NCBI GenBank assembly: GCA_010356995.1
Contig: ML996696.1
Location: forward strand, 932,364-996,363
Reading direction: 5' to 3'
Length of the DNA stretch: 64,000 nt
Origin: Trichodelitschia bisporula
Taxonomy: Eukaryota
Shown here piece by piece: positions 12,711 through 23,745 of this stretch; position 1 is the stretch's first letter, and every line of letters starts with the position of its first letter. A program made the position numbers and the translations under genes. The notes below the pieces were generated by a model. That model was not told where the DNA came from. It saw only the letters and a program-made list of their open reading frames with translations, and searched no databases.

Positions 12711-13330
12711 AGGGGGGTTGGACGCGGGCTCTCAGCAAGCATGGGTGGAGTTTCTCTTCGCTTTTCGCTCCTTCGCCATGTCTCGCGACGAAGCGGAGAA
12801 TGAAGAGAAGCTCCACCATGCCTTGCTGAGAGCCTGTGTCTGGACCCCCCTGGGTTCGGGAGGGGGGGTCGGACACGAGTTCTTAATTCATTTGCACATG
12901 GGCTTCTCTCCGTTTTTTTTGCGCCGTACACTTCGCGACGGAGTGGAGGATGGAGAGAAGCGTATTACGCAGATGATCTGCGAGCCCGCGTCCGCCTTCC
13001 CATGGGGGGCGGTAGGGGGCTGGACGCGTGTTCCCTGGAAGTTCGATGGAGGCACTCTTCGTCCTCCGCTTCTTTGCTGTGGCTTGGTGACCGGGGCCGG
13101 TTGCTTATGCTATGACGCGCGACGAAGCGGGGTGTGAGGAGTCCTTCCACCCGAATTTTTCTGGGAGCGTGTGTCTGGCCCACTCCCTGGAGGGGCCGGA
13201 CGCGGGTGCTCAGTTCATCTGGGTGTACGCTTCTCTCCGTTTTTCTGCTTCGGACACTGAGTGAGGGGGTTGGAGGATGGAGAGAGGCGTATACGCAGAT
13301 GATCTGGGAGCTCGCGTCTGTTAGACGCCC
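12711..13330 (+). ncRNA. Tandem array of four paralogous long hairpins (putative milRNA or structured ncRNA precursor cluster)
   Basis: Hairpins at about 12711-12851, 12862-13000, 13017-13181 and 13192-13330. Each opens with GGGG.YGGAC(G/A)CG and closes with GYGTCYG followed by a C-run. Stems are about 40-55 bp and rich in G-U pairs on the + strand. Confidence 0.6.
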
Positions 13331-13348
13331 TCACCCCCTGGAGGAGAG

Positions 13349-13504
13349 GATGAGGTTGACTTCGAGACGGGTGTTGTGTTAATATGCAATTCTATGATGA
13401 GAAGGTCTTCCTTCGGCGCGCAGCGGTGATGTTGATATCCCCGCTTTTACAAGATGAGGGGTTCGCCCTTCAGCACCGAGTTCTAGCGGTGATGTCGATA
13501 TGCA
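13349..13504. repeat. Three degenerate ~50-bp tandem units (GATGAG...CTTC...GGTGATGTYGATAT)
   Basis: agcggtgatgttgatat at 13422-13438 and agcggtgatgtcgatat at 13485-13501, with a more degenerate copy at 13349-13388. Confidence 0.55.
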
Positions 13505-13692
13505 TACTCCTACAGTCCATGTACACATCAAAATACTCAGACATGAATTGATAGAGCGGAGAAACGCCATGCCCATGCCCATGCCCAACCCTTCACACCA
13601 TCATCTACTCGCCCATCCTACACTTTCTTTTGGTTTCGTCATCGGCCGCACAGTAGTCGTTCACATCTCCAGTCCTCGCCGTCCCGCAGAGC

Positions 13693-14109
13693 TCATGACC
13701 CCTTCCTCAACCACGTGTCGTCCGACTCCTTGCTCTCTACGCGTGCCTCTTCGATCAGGACGTCTATTCCGCGGTCTTTGAGGGCTTTCTGTCTCCCGTC
13801 AGCATAATCCTCACCCGCCTCAACCCCTCCACCCCAAAAAAAAAAGGGAGCTAAGCAACGTACATTCAAACAAGCCTTATACTCCACAAACAGCGGCGCA
13901 CACTCATCGCTCCTCGCCGCGCCACGGAGGAACTCTACCATCCGTCAGGATAGATACATGAAAAGTGGAGGGCCGGGAGACGTACTTTCGCTGTACCATT
14001 TTAAGAAGCAGCTATCATACCGCCTCCCCTGCGTTAGCTAGGGAACGGGGGGAAGGGGAGACGCGGACTCTTTAACTTCATTACACTCCGGCGCGAGGGA
14101 GGCGGACAT
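13693..14109 (-). CDS. MDM35: Mdm35/TRIAP1 twin CX9C mitochondrial intermembrane-space protein; introns 14068-14024, 13985-13935, 13863-13789
   Basis: Spliced translation MSASLAPECNEVKERYDSCFLKWYSEKFLRGAARSDECAPLFVEYKACLNKALKDRGID... with twin CX9C. Confidence 0.93.
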
Positions 14110-14862
14110 TTCGTTCTTCTTTGATTTCCTTTTCGGGGGCACTGGAGGCGGGATGGTTGGTAGCTGTGTGTGTTTGAATGTTTAGGTATTTGGGTGACTT
14201 CGTATGTGAAGAATAGGTCGTGAATACAAAATTGGGCGGTTTGTATCGAAGTGAGAATGGTATGCGGTTTGATGCCGACGTCACGCCGCCCGCGCCAAGC
14301 AACCGGCCCGGACCCGCGCTCCAGGAACAAAGCGGCGCGTGGCGTCGGGTGGGATTGGCGAATCAGATGGGCGGTGGGTGGACGACGTGCCCTGGGCTGG
14401 ATGGGGAAGGAGATTTGAGAAGAGGTAGGTATGTTAGCTTGGGCCGTCGTGATTTGGATTTATAGGATTGAGTTGCTAGCCTGTGATAAGCAGCCAGGAG
14501 TCGGTTCCGGGAGACAATGCTACGCGAGGTAATCGATGAGGTCGTAAATGACTAGTCACACACAGCACAATTCACGCGAACAGAGCATTTGAAAGCATGA
14601 TGACGACTACGACTACGGTCGGCCAGGGGGTTCAGTTCTCTACCTCATTCCATCCACAGCAGAACGCAGGGCCTCGTCCCCTGGACAACAGGAATACAGA
14701 CACACACCGCTAGCCGCTTTTCAACAGGTGCCACAAGACCCCTATCAGAAGAACTCAATCCTTCCAGCGCCTAGCCACACCCTACACATAACCGTTACAC
14801 AGAAGAATCGAATCTCAGAGGCTTCGAACCACCCCCCAACCGCACCGTCTCACCAACACCAC

Positions 14863-16374
14863 CTACGAATCCCCATTGTCATAAATCCCCCAAAACCGCT
14901 CCGCCCCAAAAGTCCCAGGTGTATCCTCCTTCCACCCACTATTGAACGCCGAAAAAAGGAACACATCACTCTTCAAATGCTTCCGAATACTCATAATCGC
15001 AGCGACCTGGTGCAACCTCCCCGGCACCGCATGACCATTGTTCTGTCCGCGCGCCGGCCACCCGGTCTCCGTAACCACAACCCGCTGCACGTCGCGCTTG
15101 CGACTATGCGCCGCGGCGCAGCGTTCGAGAGCCCGGACTTGTTGCGCGACGAACCACCCCGACGCCGCCGCGATGATGTTCGGGTTGAAGAACGGGTGGA
15201 TGTTGGCTGCGACGAAGTCACCGGCGTCCGGGCCGCAGAGTTGAGGGTTTGCGAGGATGGCGCTCTGCGTGTCGACGTGCACGACCGGGCCCTGGTACCC
15301 GGCGGCGCGCAGTTGAGAACGCGCAGCCTGGACAGCCGCGATAACCGTCCCAACGGGCGTGCCCCTCTCCACATCTTCGTTCCCGATGCTAATAGTCTCG
15401 AACACGTCCCAACTCCCCCCAGTAGCCTGCACCGCATTGACAATAGTCTGAATCTGCGCCGGGACGCTATCCAGGAAGAAAATTCCCATAAACACCTTCT
15501 TGCCCGTCGCGCGCGCGGCGTTGATCACATTCTCCGGCTGGCCGCAATCCGTACCATAAACCCGAATCCGGCTATACCCGACGAGCTTCTGAAAGTCGGA
15601 CAGAGTGTCGTCGGCCGTTTTGCAGGAGTGGTTTTCGACGGTCCCCTTGTACCCGTTCCAGGTTATGCCATACCCCTGGGGGATGTCTTGGAAGAGGGCG
15701 CGCACGGGCACGTTGGCGAAGGCGGACATGTCGGCGGAGGGGTCGCTGGCGACTACCTCGTCGGAGGCGGAGAAGGAGGGGGGGGCGGGGGGGAGAGGGA
15801 CGGTGTCTTCTGGGGGCGCTGATTCCGATGCCGGGGCGGGAGCGGGAGCGGGGGCGGGGGCTGGATTTGCGGGTGGAGCTGGCGCGGGAGGAGCCGGCGC
15901 CGCAGGAGCCGGAGCCGGAGCCTCGAGAGCCTCAGGAGCTTCGGCAGCCACGGGAGCCACGGGCGCGACAGGAGCCACAGGCGCAGCCGGAGCCGGAGCC
16001 ACGGGAGCAGCAGGAGGAGCCGGAGCCGGAGCCGGAGGAGCAGGCGTCGGCGCAACGGGAGCGGGAGCCGGAGGAGCCGCAGGCGCAGGCGCAGGCGTCG
16101 CAGCGGTGCCGGCGCCCGCGACGGACAGCATGTTGCCTTCCTCATCAACGAAGACGGTGACGTCGGGCTCGGTGACTGTAACCCATTCCACCTGCGTGAC
16201 GAGGGCACGCTTGTGGATGTGGTGCGCTGGGGGGGGTTAGATGGGTTTGCGGGGTGGGGGGAGAGGGGAGAGGGCTGGAGGGCTTGGGGGCTTAAAGAAC
16301 TTACCGTGAGGGTGCGCAAGCGCAAACCCAACGTTGGCCGCAGCCACAAGTGAGAGAATGGCCGCAGCCTTCAT
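14863..16374 (-). CDS. Secreted GH17 cell-wall beta-1,3-glucanase/transglucosylase (Scw4/Scw10-like) with a Pro/Ala-rich linker; intron 16304-16227
   Basis: Signal peptide MKAAAILSLVAAANVGFALA and a Kex2-like HKR site. Catalytic-type motifs IRVYGTDC, ISIGNE, ANIHPFF, VVTETGWP and FSAFN. Confidence 0.9.
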
Positions 16375-19312
16375 GTTGCGGATTGGCGAGAGGACGGTTT
16401 ACACAGCTACCGCCAGCGGTGTCAGTCGTGCAAACGATGTGCATCGTGGTGCTAACTCACCGATTTCGAGAACGTGCACGGAGCGGGCGATTGTAACCGA
16501 GGAATGAGGATACGGTTGCTTGGGCCTGCCCGGAATGTTCTTTCGTCGATGTGTTTTGTTTTGAGGAAAGAGAATGTGAACACTTCGCAGAAGATAAAAA
16601 GGAGCGTGGAGGACCCAGTAAGCCCGAGCAGGAAAAACGAGGACCCGCTCTAGTTGCTGACGACGATAAGACGAAAAGACCGTATAACGTGTTGGTGAAA
16701 AAGAGAGAAGAGACGAGAGGAGGTGGGGGAGGGAGGAAGAGGACCCAAAGATTAAGTCTGGGAGCATATTGCCCCACGGACGGCGAGGCGGGTGCCTGCC
16801 AAGATTCACCCAGCATTCGAACGCCTGCTCGTTCAGGACCCAGGCTACATCGAAGCCTCGCCTTACCCATCCCCAAGCCTAACACAACAAGAAACAAACA
16901 TCAGCGAGGTAAACGCCCCGGCCGACCTAGGCACGCCCAATCTCCCTTCTCGTACCTCACTCAGCACAACAGCGCAGGATTCGTCCCTCGACCCAACCGG
17001 CATGGGTCCTCCCCGGCCCTAGCCTTGTATATGCCAGACGTTTAATCTGCGCGTCCGCTGTGTCTACCGTTGGGTTCTGTTGCCGGCGCCGAGGCGGGAG
17101 ATGCGGATTGGTTGACTGGGGCGGAACCTGTATACCCGTCGTCGCAATGTCGCCGAGTGACGTCGCCGCCGCAAGGCTCGCCGCACACCAGCTGCCCAGC
17201 CCAGGCAGGCTTTAGACGCGCCGTCAAAAGAAGCCGAGGGTCGTGAAGGAGGGTGCCGCAAGCGCGCTCCGCCGTTCTCTGGACCCTCAATCAGTCCCAA
17301 TATTCCTGAAAGTAGGAGAATAATCACGTCTTTCCCGTTCACCCAAGAAACGTCCAAAGCTGCAGTACCAAGATGCAGCATCGCAACGCAGCTGCATCGA
17401 CACCCCGCCATGCTGCACCGTTTCGTTTCGCCCTCCATGCGTGCAGGACACTAGTCTGACGTACGTGCCTTGACAGCCGCCCTCGCATTCTGACTCGATG
17501 CCGGGGCCGATCAGGCACAGTACCAAGGATACGCTGGGCCGGCCGGCCCCTCCGCCGTGCCGCAAGCAAACACGAGCGAATGCCTGCCTCGTCCAAAAAG
17601 AGACCAAAGAGAGCGATCCCAACTTGGAAGGAACTCATAAACCTGCTGGGGGCCGTTTGGCGCTTATGCCCATCCGCACACGGGCGTGTTGGTGTCAATT
17701 GCCCTCCGCACGGCCATGCATATCCATCATTCCCTCCAGCCAGCGCCTTCTAGAACGGCGCGCCTTGCTGTGCGTAGGCCCACGGTCCGCACACAGGCAA
17801 AACCGTGCCGCGCACGGCCGTGTATCCGTGTCCCCACAGCCCCGCCTTCTAGAAGCGCACTCCATCTCGCCTCAGGACAGCGCATCGTTAGGCTGCGCAC
17901 CAAGGGCTATCGGTCGCAGTGCGTCGCGGGGCTTCAGGCAGCGGGGCATCAGGCAGCGGGGCGCACGATCGCGTCCCCGCTCCGATCCCCCTAGCCACCC
18001 CTGAGGTCGTTCCATCGCCGTACAGCAGACCGTCATCGCCATACAGCAGCCTGTGAGACCCAGAACTAGAGATGTGAGCAACACTCCACAGAGCCCTTGA
18101 TCGACCTACCAGGTATGAGACGTGAGTAGTCCTAGATATTTGGAACGAAACGACGTCGTGTCGTCGTCGCCTAGCGCAGTGGAGTTGTCTGGGCCAAGGA
18201 GCGTGTAGAGCGGCTGGACGGGAACGGGAGGCGGCATGTGGGGCGTCGTGCAGTGGCGCCCGCTTCGTCCCGCGGGGGAGGGGGGCGCCACTTGTGGGAT
18301 TGAGGGTTGGTGCAACGACATGATAGAAGGGGAGGAGGGGCACGGCATGGTTTGCTGTTCGTGATACTAGGTGTGCGCTATGGAGGTTGGGTGCTGGACT
18401 GGTTGGGCGCTGGACTGGACGGCTGCATTCACGGTCGCGATTGCGCTTCGCGAACAGGAAGGGCGGCGGCGATGCGATGCCCGAGATGGAGGAAAGGAGA
18501 GATGCTTCACGGTAAACACAAAAATTCCAGCCCATCCACGCCCAATTCCCCCTCTACATCAGTATACCGACATCACACCTTCAAGCGCCCTCACACACGC
18601 ACACCACTCCTCTCCAACCAGCCACCATCCCCTCCCCCGAGTCCGCCCCAAGCAGATGGCGAGCTGCATAATCCACCCGCGCACCAAACATCCGACATCC
18701 TCCGCACTTCGGCCTTGGCCGTTCACCCACCCATCACATGGGCAATGAGCCTCTCGCGCCTCCTCTTCCCCCTCGAAGCTCGACGCTCAAACCCCGCTCT
18801 TCATCTGCCCAAGCCCATCACCCTCCTCACGACCAAAATCGTCCTTCCCATATCCCCTTTTGAACACGGAGCCTTGGCCTAAACGCGTTCTTTCAACATC
18901 TCCCTCTTCCAGAGTCAGGCTGAACCGCTACTTCCATCAGCTCGTCTCTGCGTTTTGCGTTTTGCATTTTGCGTTTTGCGTTTGGCATACCCCGCTTCAT
19001 TCGTCCCTCCTAGCATCGCGCTCAACCGTCCCCACCAGCTTCCTCTTTTGGCCGAAGCATTTAAACAAGCCGCATCAGCATCTACAGTAAACAGGCTCGG
19101 CCCGAACCAACGCTCCTACCCTCGATCCGATTCCCATCCGCGTCATATCCCACGCGCCCAATAACCGTAAGGCCATAATTCCTAACCCTCCCCCCGCTCC
19201 CACCCAATCACCCACTAACACCCCTCAGCCTCCCGACATCGGGCACCGCCATATAAACCCGCCTGACCCCACCAAAAACCCATCACCACCCCACCACACC
19301 TCCCTCACCACA

Positions 19313-20452
19313 ATGTCCACCTCCACCGCCCCCCCAATCCCCCCCTCAACCCTAACCCTCCTCCACATCCCCGCCACCGGCGCCCTAACCCTAACCCCGC
19401 ACCCAACCCCCACCCCGAGCAGCACGCAACACCTCCTCTCCACCGCCGCCACCTCCCTAACGCGGGACGAACTCACCTGGGCCGAACCGCTGTCCGCAAC
19501 ACCCTCCCCGATCCCAGGCTACGCCTTCGCCGGCACGATCCTGACCTCCCCTCAACCAGCCCCCTTCCCCTCCCTCGACGACGAAACGGACTACACCCCC
19601 ACGCCGCTCCTCCCGCCCAGCCGCGCGCGCCGCGCCTCCACGTCCAGTCTATCGGCGCCGCATGCCCGGGCTTTCGTGTATGGCACACGTGTTTATGGAT
19701 TGACTGCGTTTTCGCGCCCTGGGTGTGCAAGAGGGATGGCTGTTGCGGAAGCCAGCGAGTGTGCGCGCATGCCTGCGAATCTGACCTATGAAGAAGCAGC
19801 CGCCGTGCCGATGGGGGCGTTGAGTGCGTGGCAAGGCTTATTCGAGCGCGGGGGTTTGGAGGTGCCGGATGAGGAGTATTGGGAGACCGAGGGTGAGGGC
19901 CGCGGTGGGGAGGAGGGTAGGATTGAGGCCGGAGAGGCCCCGCGTCGAGCGCCGTCGACGGGCAAGAGGGTGCTCGTTACTGGTGCTGCCGGGCAGGTCG
20001 GTGTGTGGGCCGTACAGCTGGCGGCATGGGCTGGTGCCACGGTGGTCGGGGTGTGCGGGGCTGGGAATGCGGATTTCGTGCGCGAGCTTGGTGCTGACGA
20101 GGTTATCAACTATAAGACGACGAGTGTGGGGCGGTGGGTGGGAGAGGGAGAGGGACGGAAGTTTGACCTTGTGCTTGATACGGTGGGCGGGGACCTGGTG
20201 CCCGACCTTAAGGCCGCAGTGAGGGAGGGCGGACGGCTGGTGACTATTGCCGCGCCGGTGGAAGGGCTGCCGGATGCCTATTTCATCGTGAGACCGGATG
20301 GCGGGATACTAGAGGGGGTGACGCGGTTGATTGAGCGCGGCCTTGTACGGCCGGTGGTGGATAGTGTGTGGGGGTTGGGGGACTGGAAGAGGGCGTTTGA
20401 GAAGGTGGAGAGCGGGCATTCGCGTGGAGCGGTAGTGGTGAAGATTGAATAA
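19313..20452 (+). CDS. MDR-superfamily NAD(P)H quinone/enoyl oxidoreductase
   Basis: TRDELTW, IPGYAFAG, EAAAVPMGALSAWQGLF, Rossmann motif VLVTGAAGQVG, LGADEVINY and FDLVLDTVGG. Confidence 0.88.
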   Translation: MSTSTAPPIPPSTLTLLHIPATGALTLTPHPTPTPSSTQHLLSTAATSLTRDELTWAEPLSATPSPIPGYAFAGTILTSPQPAPFPSLDDETDYTPTPLLPPSRARRASTSSLSAPHARAFVYGTRVYGLTAFSRPGCARGMAVAEASECARMPANLTYEEAAAVPMGALSAWQGLFERGGLEVPDEEYWETEGEGRGGEEGRIEAGEAPRRAPSTGKRVLVTGAAGQVGVWAVQLAAWAGATVVGVCGAGNADFVRELGADEVINYKTTSVGRWVGEGEGRKFDLVLDTVGGDLVPDLKAAVREGGRLVTIAAPVEGLPDAYFIVRPDGGILEGVTRLIERGLVRPVVDSVWGLGDWKRAFEKVESGHSRGAVVVKIE

Positions 20453-21326
20453 TCGGGGAAAGGAGGCGGGGAGGGGTAATGATGTTATGAATTAGTGTTT
20501 CTCGTGCTGTCAGTATTAGACTGTCCTCGCATCAGTGTGAGGTTACAAGTGGCGTGGGGGACAATGTCATAGCCTTGCTCTATATTTTCATATGGTGACT
20601 AGGATGGGAGATATCGTACTTGTGAGGTAGTAATGGAAGCAGAGGCTTGACTCAGCATTGGCAGCGGGTATGAAGTGAAAGATTGTAAAGACACGAGGAG
20701 AGAAGAAGGAGAGGGAGCGACGAAGCCGTCCTTAAATGCATGCAAGTGCCACGCGTCCCCTTCCCCAGGGCGCCCCTTCTGTCAATGTGTACTTTCCCAA
20801 GAACGCGATGTGCTCCTTCCACCATATGACATGTCGGCCTTAGGTCTACCTCAGATACCGATGGCATATTAGATAGCATTCGATCCTCAATGGTGCTTCT
20901 CTATGCTGTTTGACCATGGCCTTGCTGGTACACAAGCCCATCACTGCAATCGATGCCATAGCCGTTGCTAAATATTCGCGTATTCTTGTGTGGCAGTGGT
21001 GGTGGTAGCTATCAAGAGCGTTCGGTACAGAATGGCAGCCTCATCGCGGCGTCGTGTTGCTAATTCAGTCCGTCAGCCTTGCAGCGGGTAATTGCTCGCG
21101 GATATCCAGTAAAAGGCGGGAGGGCAGGCAAGGACACGACAGCACTCAGCACCCAGCACGACGTGAAGCCCATCAACCAAAAGTCAATTCCCCTAAACTC
21201 CATGAAACCCAAAGCTACCACAACCGTGTACACACGCCAGCCAAAGCCGGCACCATCATAGCAAGATACAGACGTAGCAGCAAGATAGGCATACAGACAA
21301 ACAGTCACTCTTAGCCATTTTCACCC

Positions 21327-21355
21327 ACCCCCCCCCCCCCCCCCCCCCCCCCCCC
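21327..21355. repeat. Poly-C homopolymer just 3' of PDI1 (poly-G on the transcript strand)
   Basis: About 28 consecutive C. Confidence 0.9.
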
Positions 21356-21383
21356 TCTACCACTTCCCTTCCCCCATCACAAT

Positions 21384-23129
21384 CTACAACTCATCCCTCA
21401 CCTCCTCAACCTTACTCTTAACCTCACCTGCCTTACTCTTCACACTCTCTACCACCGTCTCCGCCTTCTCCTTAACACTCTCAGTAGTGTCCTTGACCTT
21501 CTCCTTAACCTCCTCCGCCATCGGCGCAGCATAAACATCAACCCCATGGCTTCCATTCTCCTTCACAAACTTGGCGAGATCCTCGATGGTGCGGCTGCCG
21601 CCGTACGCAATGGGCGCATCCTTCTTGCCAGCCGCGTACAGCTTGATGGTCGGGAAGCCCTGGATCTCGTCGGGCACGTCGTTGGTCGTGGCGTCCACCT
21701 TGGCGATGACGACCTTGTCGGAGTAGGACTTGAACAGCTCGCCGAGCTCGTCGTATTTGGGGGCGAGACTGCGAAACATTAGCTTAACGAGCATAGGTAT
21801 GGAAAGGGGGGACATACGCCTTGCAGTGACCGCACCACGGAGCATAAAACTCAATCAACACATCCTTCTTATCATCAAGCACAATATCGGCATAATTCTT
21901 CGCAACAACAACCGTGACAGGCCCATCCTGCTTCTCAGGAATAGGCTCGCTCTTGACCGCCGGCTCAAGGGTGCCAGCGGCGAAGTCATCGACAAACGCA
22001 CCAATGTCCTTGGCAGTGATCTTCTTGCTCTGATCGAAGGGGAACTTCTGGTTCTTCGCAGTCTCCTGGATCGCAAACGCGGGCCACTTGCCCACCTCCA
22101 GGTTCAAGTTCCCGCCGTGCTGCCCAAAGGCCTTGGCATCGATGGTGGCGAAGTTGATCTTGCCCTTGTGCTTCTGCGCAACGGGCTTGAGCTCCGTGGC
22201 GAGGGTCTCGCGCTCCTCGGGCGTCTCGGCGAAGATGTAGGCGAGGGGGATGCCAGCCTGCGCCCGTTAGCCTCGCCACTAAAAAAGAGTGCAAAGAAAA
22301 CCTACCGAGATGTAGCCGGCATATGTCTCAGGCCCAACCTCGCCAACAAGCGGCGTGGCAGACGTCTTGGCGAAGCTCTCGAGCGCCTCCTTGGTGAACT
22401 TCTCAGTGAAGGTGTTCTTGCCCTCGTCGAACGTCTTGTACAGCACGACGGCGGGCTGCTTGACGCCCTCGGCCTCGGCGAGCGCGGCGTCGCTCGTCGC
22501 ACCAAAGAGGTAATCGTCGCGCAGGGCGCTCGCCGCAGCGGTGAAGGTCTCGTTGCTGGCCTTGTCGTCGGCGGCAAAGTACGCCACCACGACGACCTTG
22601 TCGGCCGTCTTGAAGTCGGGCAGCGTGGTCTTGTCGAGGACGGAAACAGCGGGGAGGGACTGCTTCGTCATGTAGGAGATGATGCTGAGTGGGATTAGCG
22701 AATGGGTTTGAGAGAAGGGCGGTGTACGTACGCCTGCGCCTTGCGGGCACCGCCATATGCCGAAATGGCATCCGGACCGCGGAACACCTTCAGCGTCGGG
22801 TAGCCCTCCACGCCATACTTCTGGCACAGATCCGCCTCCTCCGTGCAGTCGACCTTGGCGAGCGGGATGTTCTTCTCCTTGAGCGACGTCGCTGCCTCCT
22901 CGTACTCAGGGGCGAGGGCTTTGCAGTGGCCGCACCAGGGCGCGAAGACTGTTGCCGTTAATGGGTGCTACTTGGTGGGCTTGTGAGGAGAAGACTACTC
23001 ACACTCTGCAAGCACCAAATCGTGCTCCTTGACGAAGCTGTCGAAGGTGTCCTTCTTCAGGTCATGGACGTCACTAGCGGAAGCTCCAAGAGCTCCGAGG
23101 AGACCGAGCGCAAACAATCCGGAGCGCAT
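21384..23129 (-). CDS. PDI1: Protein disulfide isomerase; introns 23002-22949, 22731-22685, 22305-22258, 21817-21769
   Basis: Signal peptide [18 protein letters not shown], two APWCGHCK thioredoxin sites and C-terminal ER-retention-like RDEL. Confidence 0.96.
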
Positions 23130-23745
23130 GGTGGAAGTGACCGAGAAGTTGAACGGAGAATTGAAGTCGGAGTGATTCGAAGTGGGGTTCGTGGCCTGTT
23201 ATTCAAGCCAACGTTTTTGTAGGGGAACAAAGTTCACACAAGTATTGTGGCTGCAGATATAAAAAGATGCCACAGCTTGGGGGGGCGTGTTGCAACTGTG
23301 TCCTTGGAGTTTGGAGAGGGGGGAGGGGGGCAAAGACCAAGCCAAGAGACCCTTAACCAGGAGGCTGAAGCTCGGGCTTGGACGGGCCGGGGGGCGAAGA
23401 GTCTCGATTTGGTTGGGTGGACCGTGTGCGCAGGCTTTATGCTTTCCCTTCCATGTCGCTGATTGACAGGAAGCCTTGCAATTGCGATACAAATCAAACA
23501 TCCTCCCGCCTCTTTCTCGTCTCTGCGAATGCGGAGATACCAAGCTGCTATACCCTCGTTTCGCACCGCTCAAGCGGGAAGCGTGCGCGAGGGCCCAAAG
23601 GACCCCACCGCCCCAATCTCGTTGATTGCCGCATTGCTGATAAATGGCCCCCTCCGACAAAGGCCACTTGTTCCAGACATCCTGATCACTATTATCCGCA
23701 GCCGCTCACTAATGCTGTATCCCACACGTGATATTACTCTACATT

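Noticed and set aside
12711..13330. CRISPR array or hammerhead-ribozyme/retrozyme interpretation of the hairpin array
   Set aside because: The context is eukaryotic, with no identical short repeats and unique spacers and no cas genes. No correctly placed CUGANGA/GAAA hammerhead core was found.
12418..13382. ORFs overlapping the hairpin array (12418-12876, 12703-13137, 13134-13382)
   Set aside because: No recognisable motifs; short ORFs on both strands are expected in GC-rich palindromic DNA.
14728..15822. Long antisense ORFs (also 21730-22698, 23728-24681, 38928-39713 and others)
   Set aside because: Shadows of real genes on the opposite strand caused by GC-rich codon bias.
17745..17856. 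Two GCCTTCTAGAA motifs as heat-shock elements
   Set aside because: Only two nGAAn units each and more than 1.3 kb from either flanking ATG; insufficient support.
19180..19460. CCCTAA telomere-like hexamers
   Set aside because: At most two in tandem, mostly encoding Thr-Leu in the C-rich 5' end of the MDR gene; not a telomeric tract.
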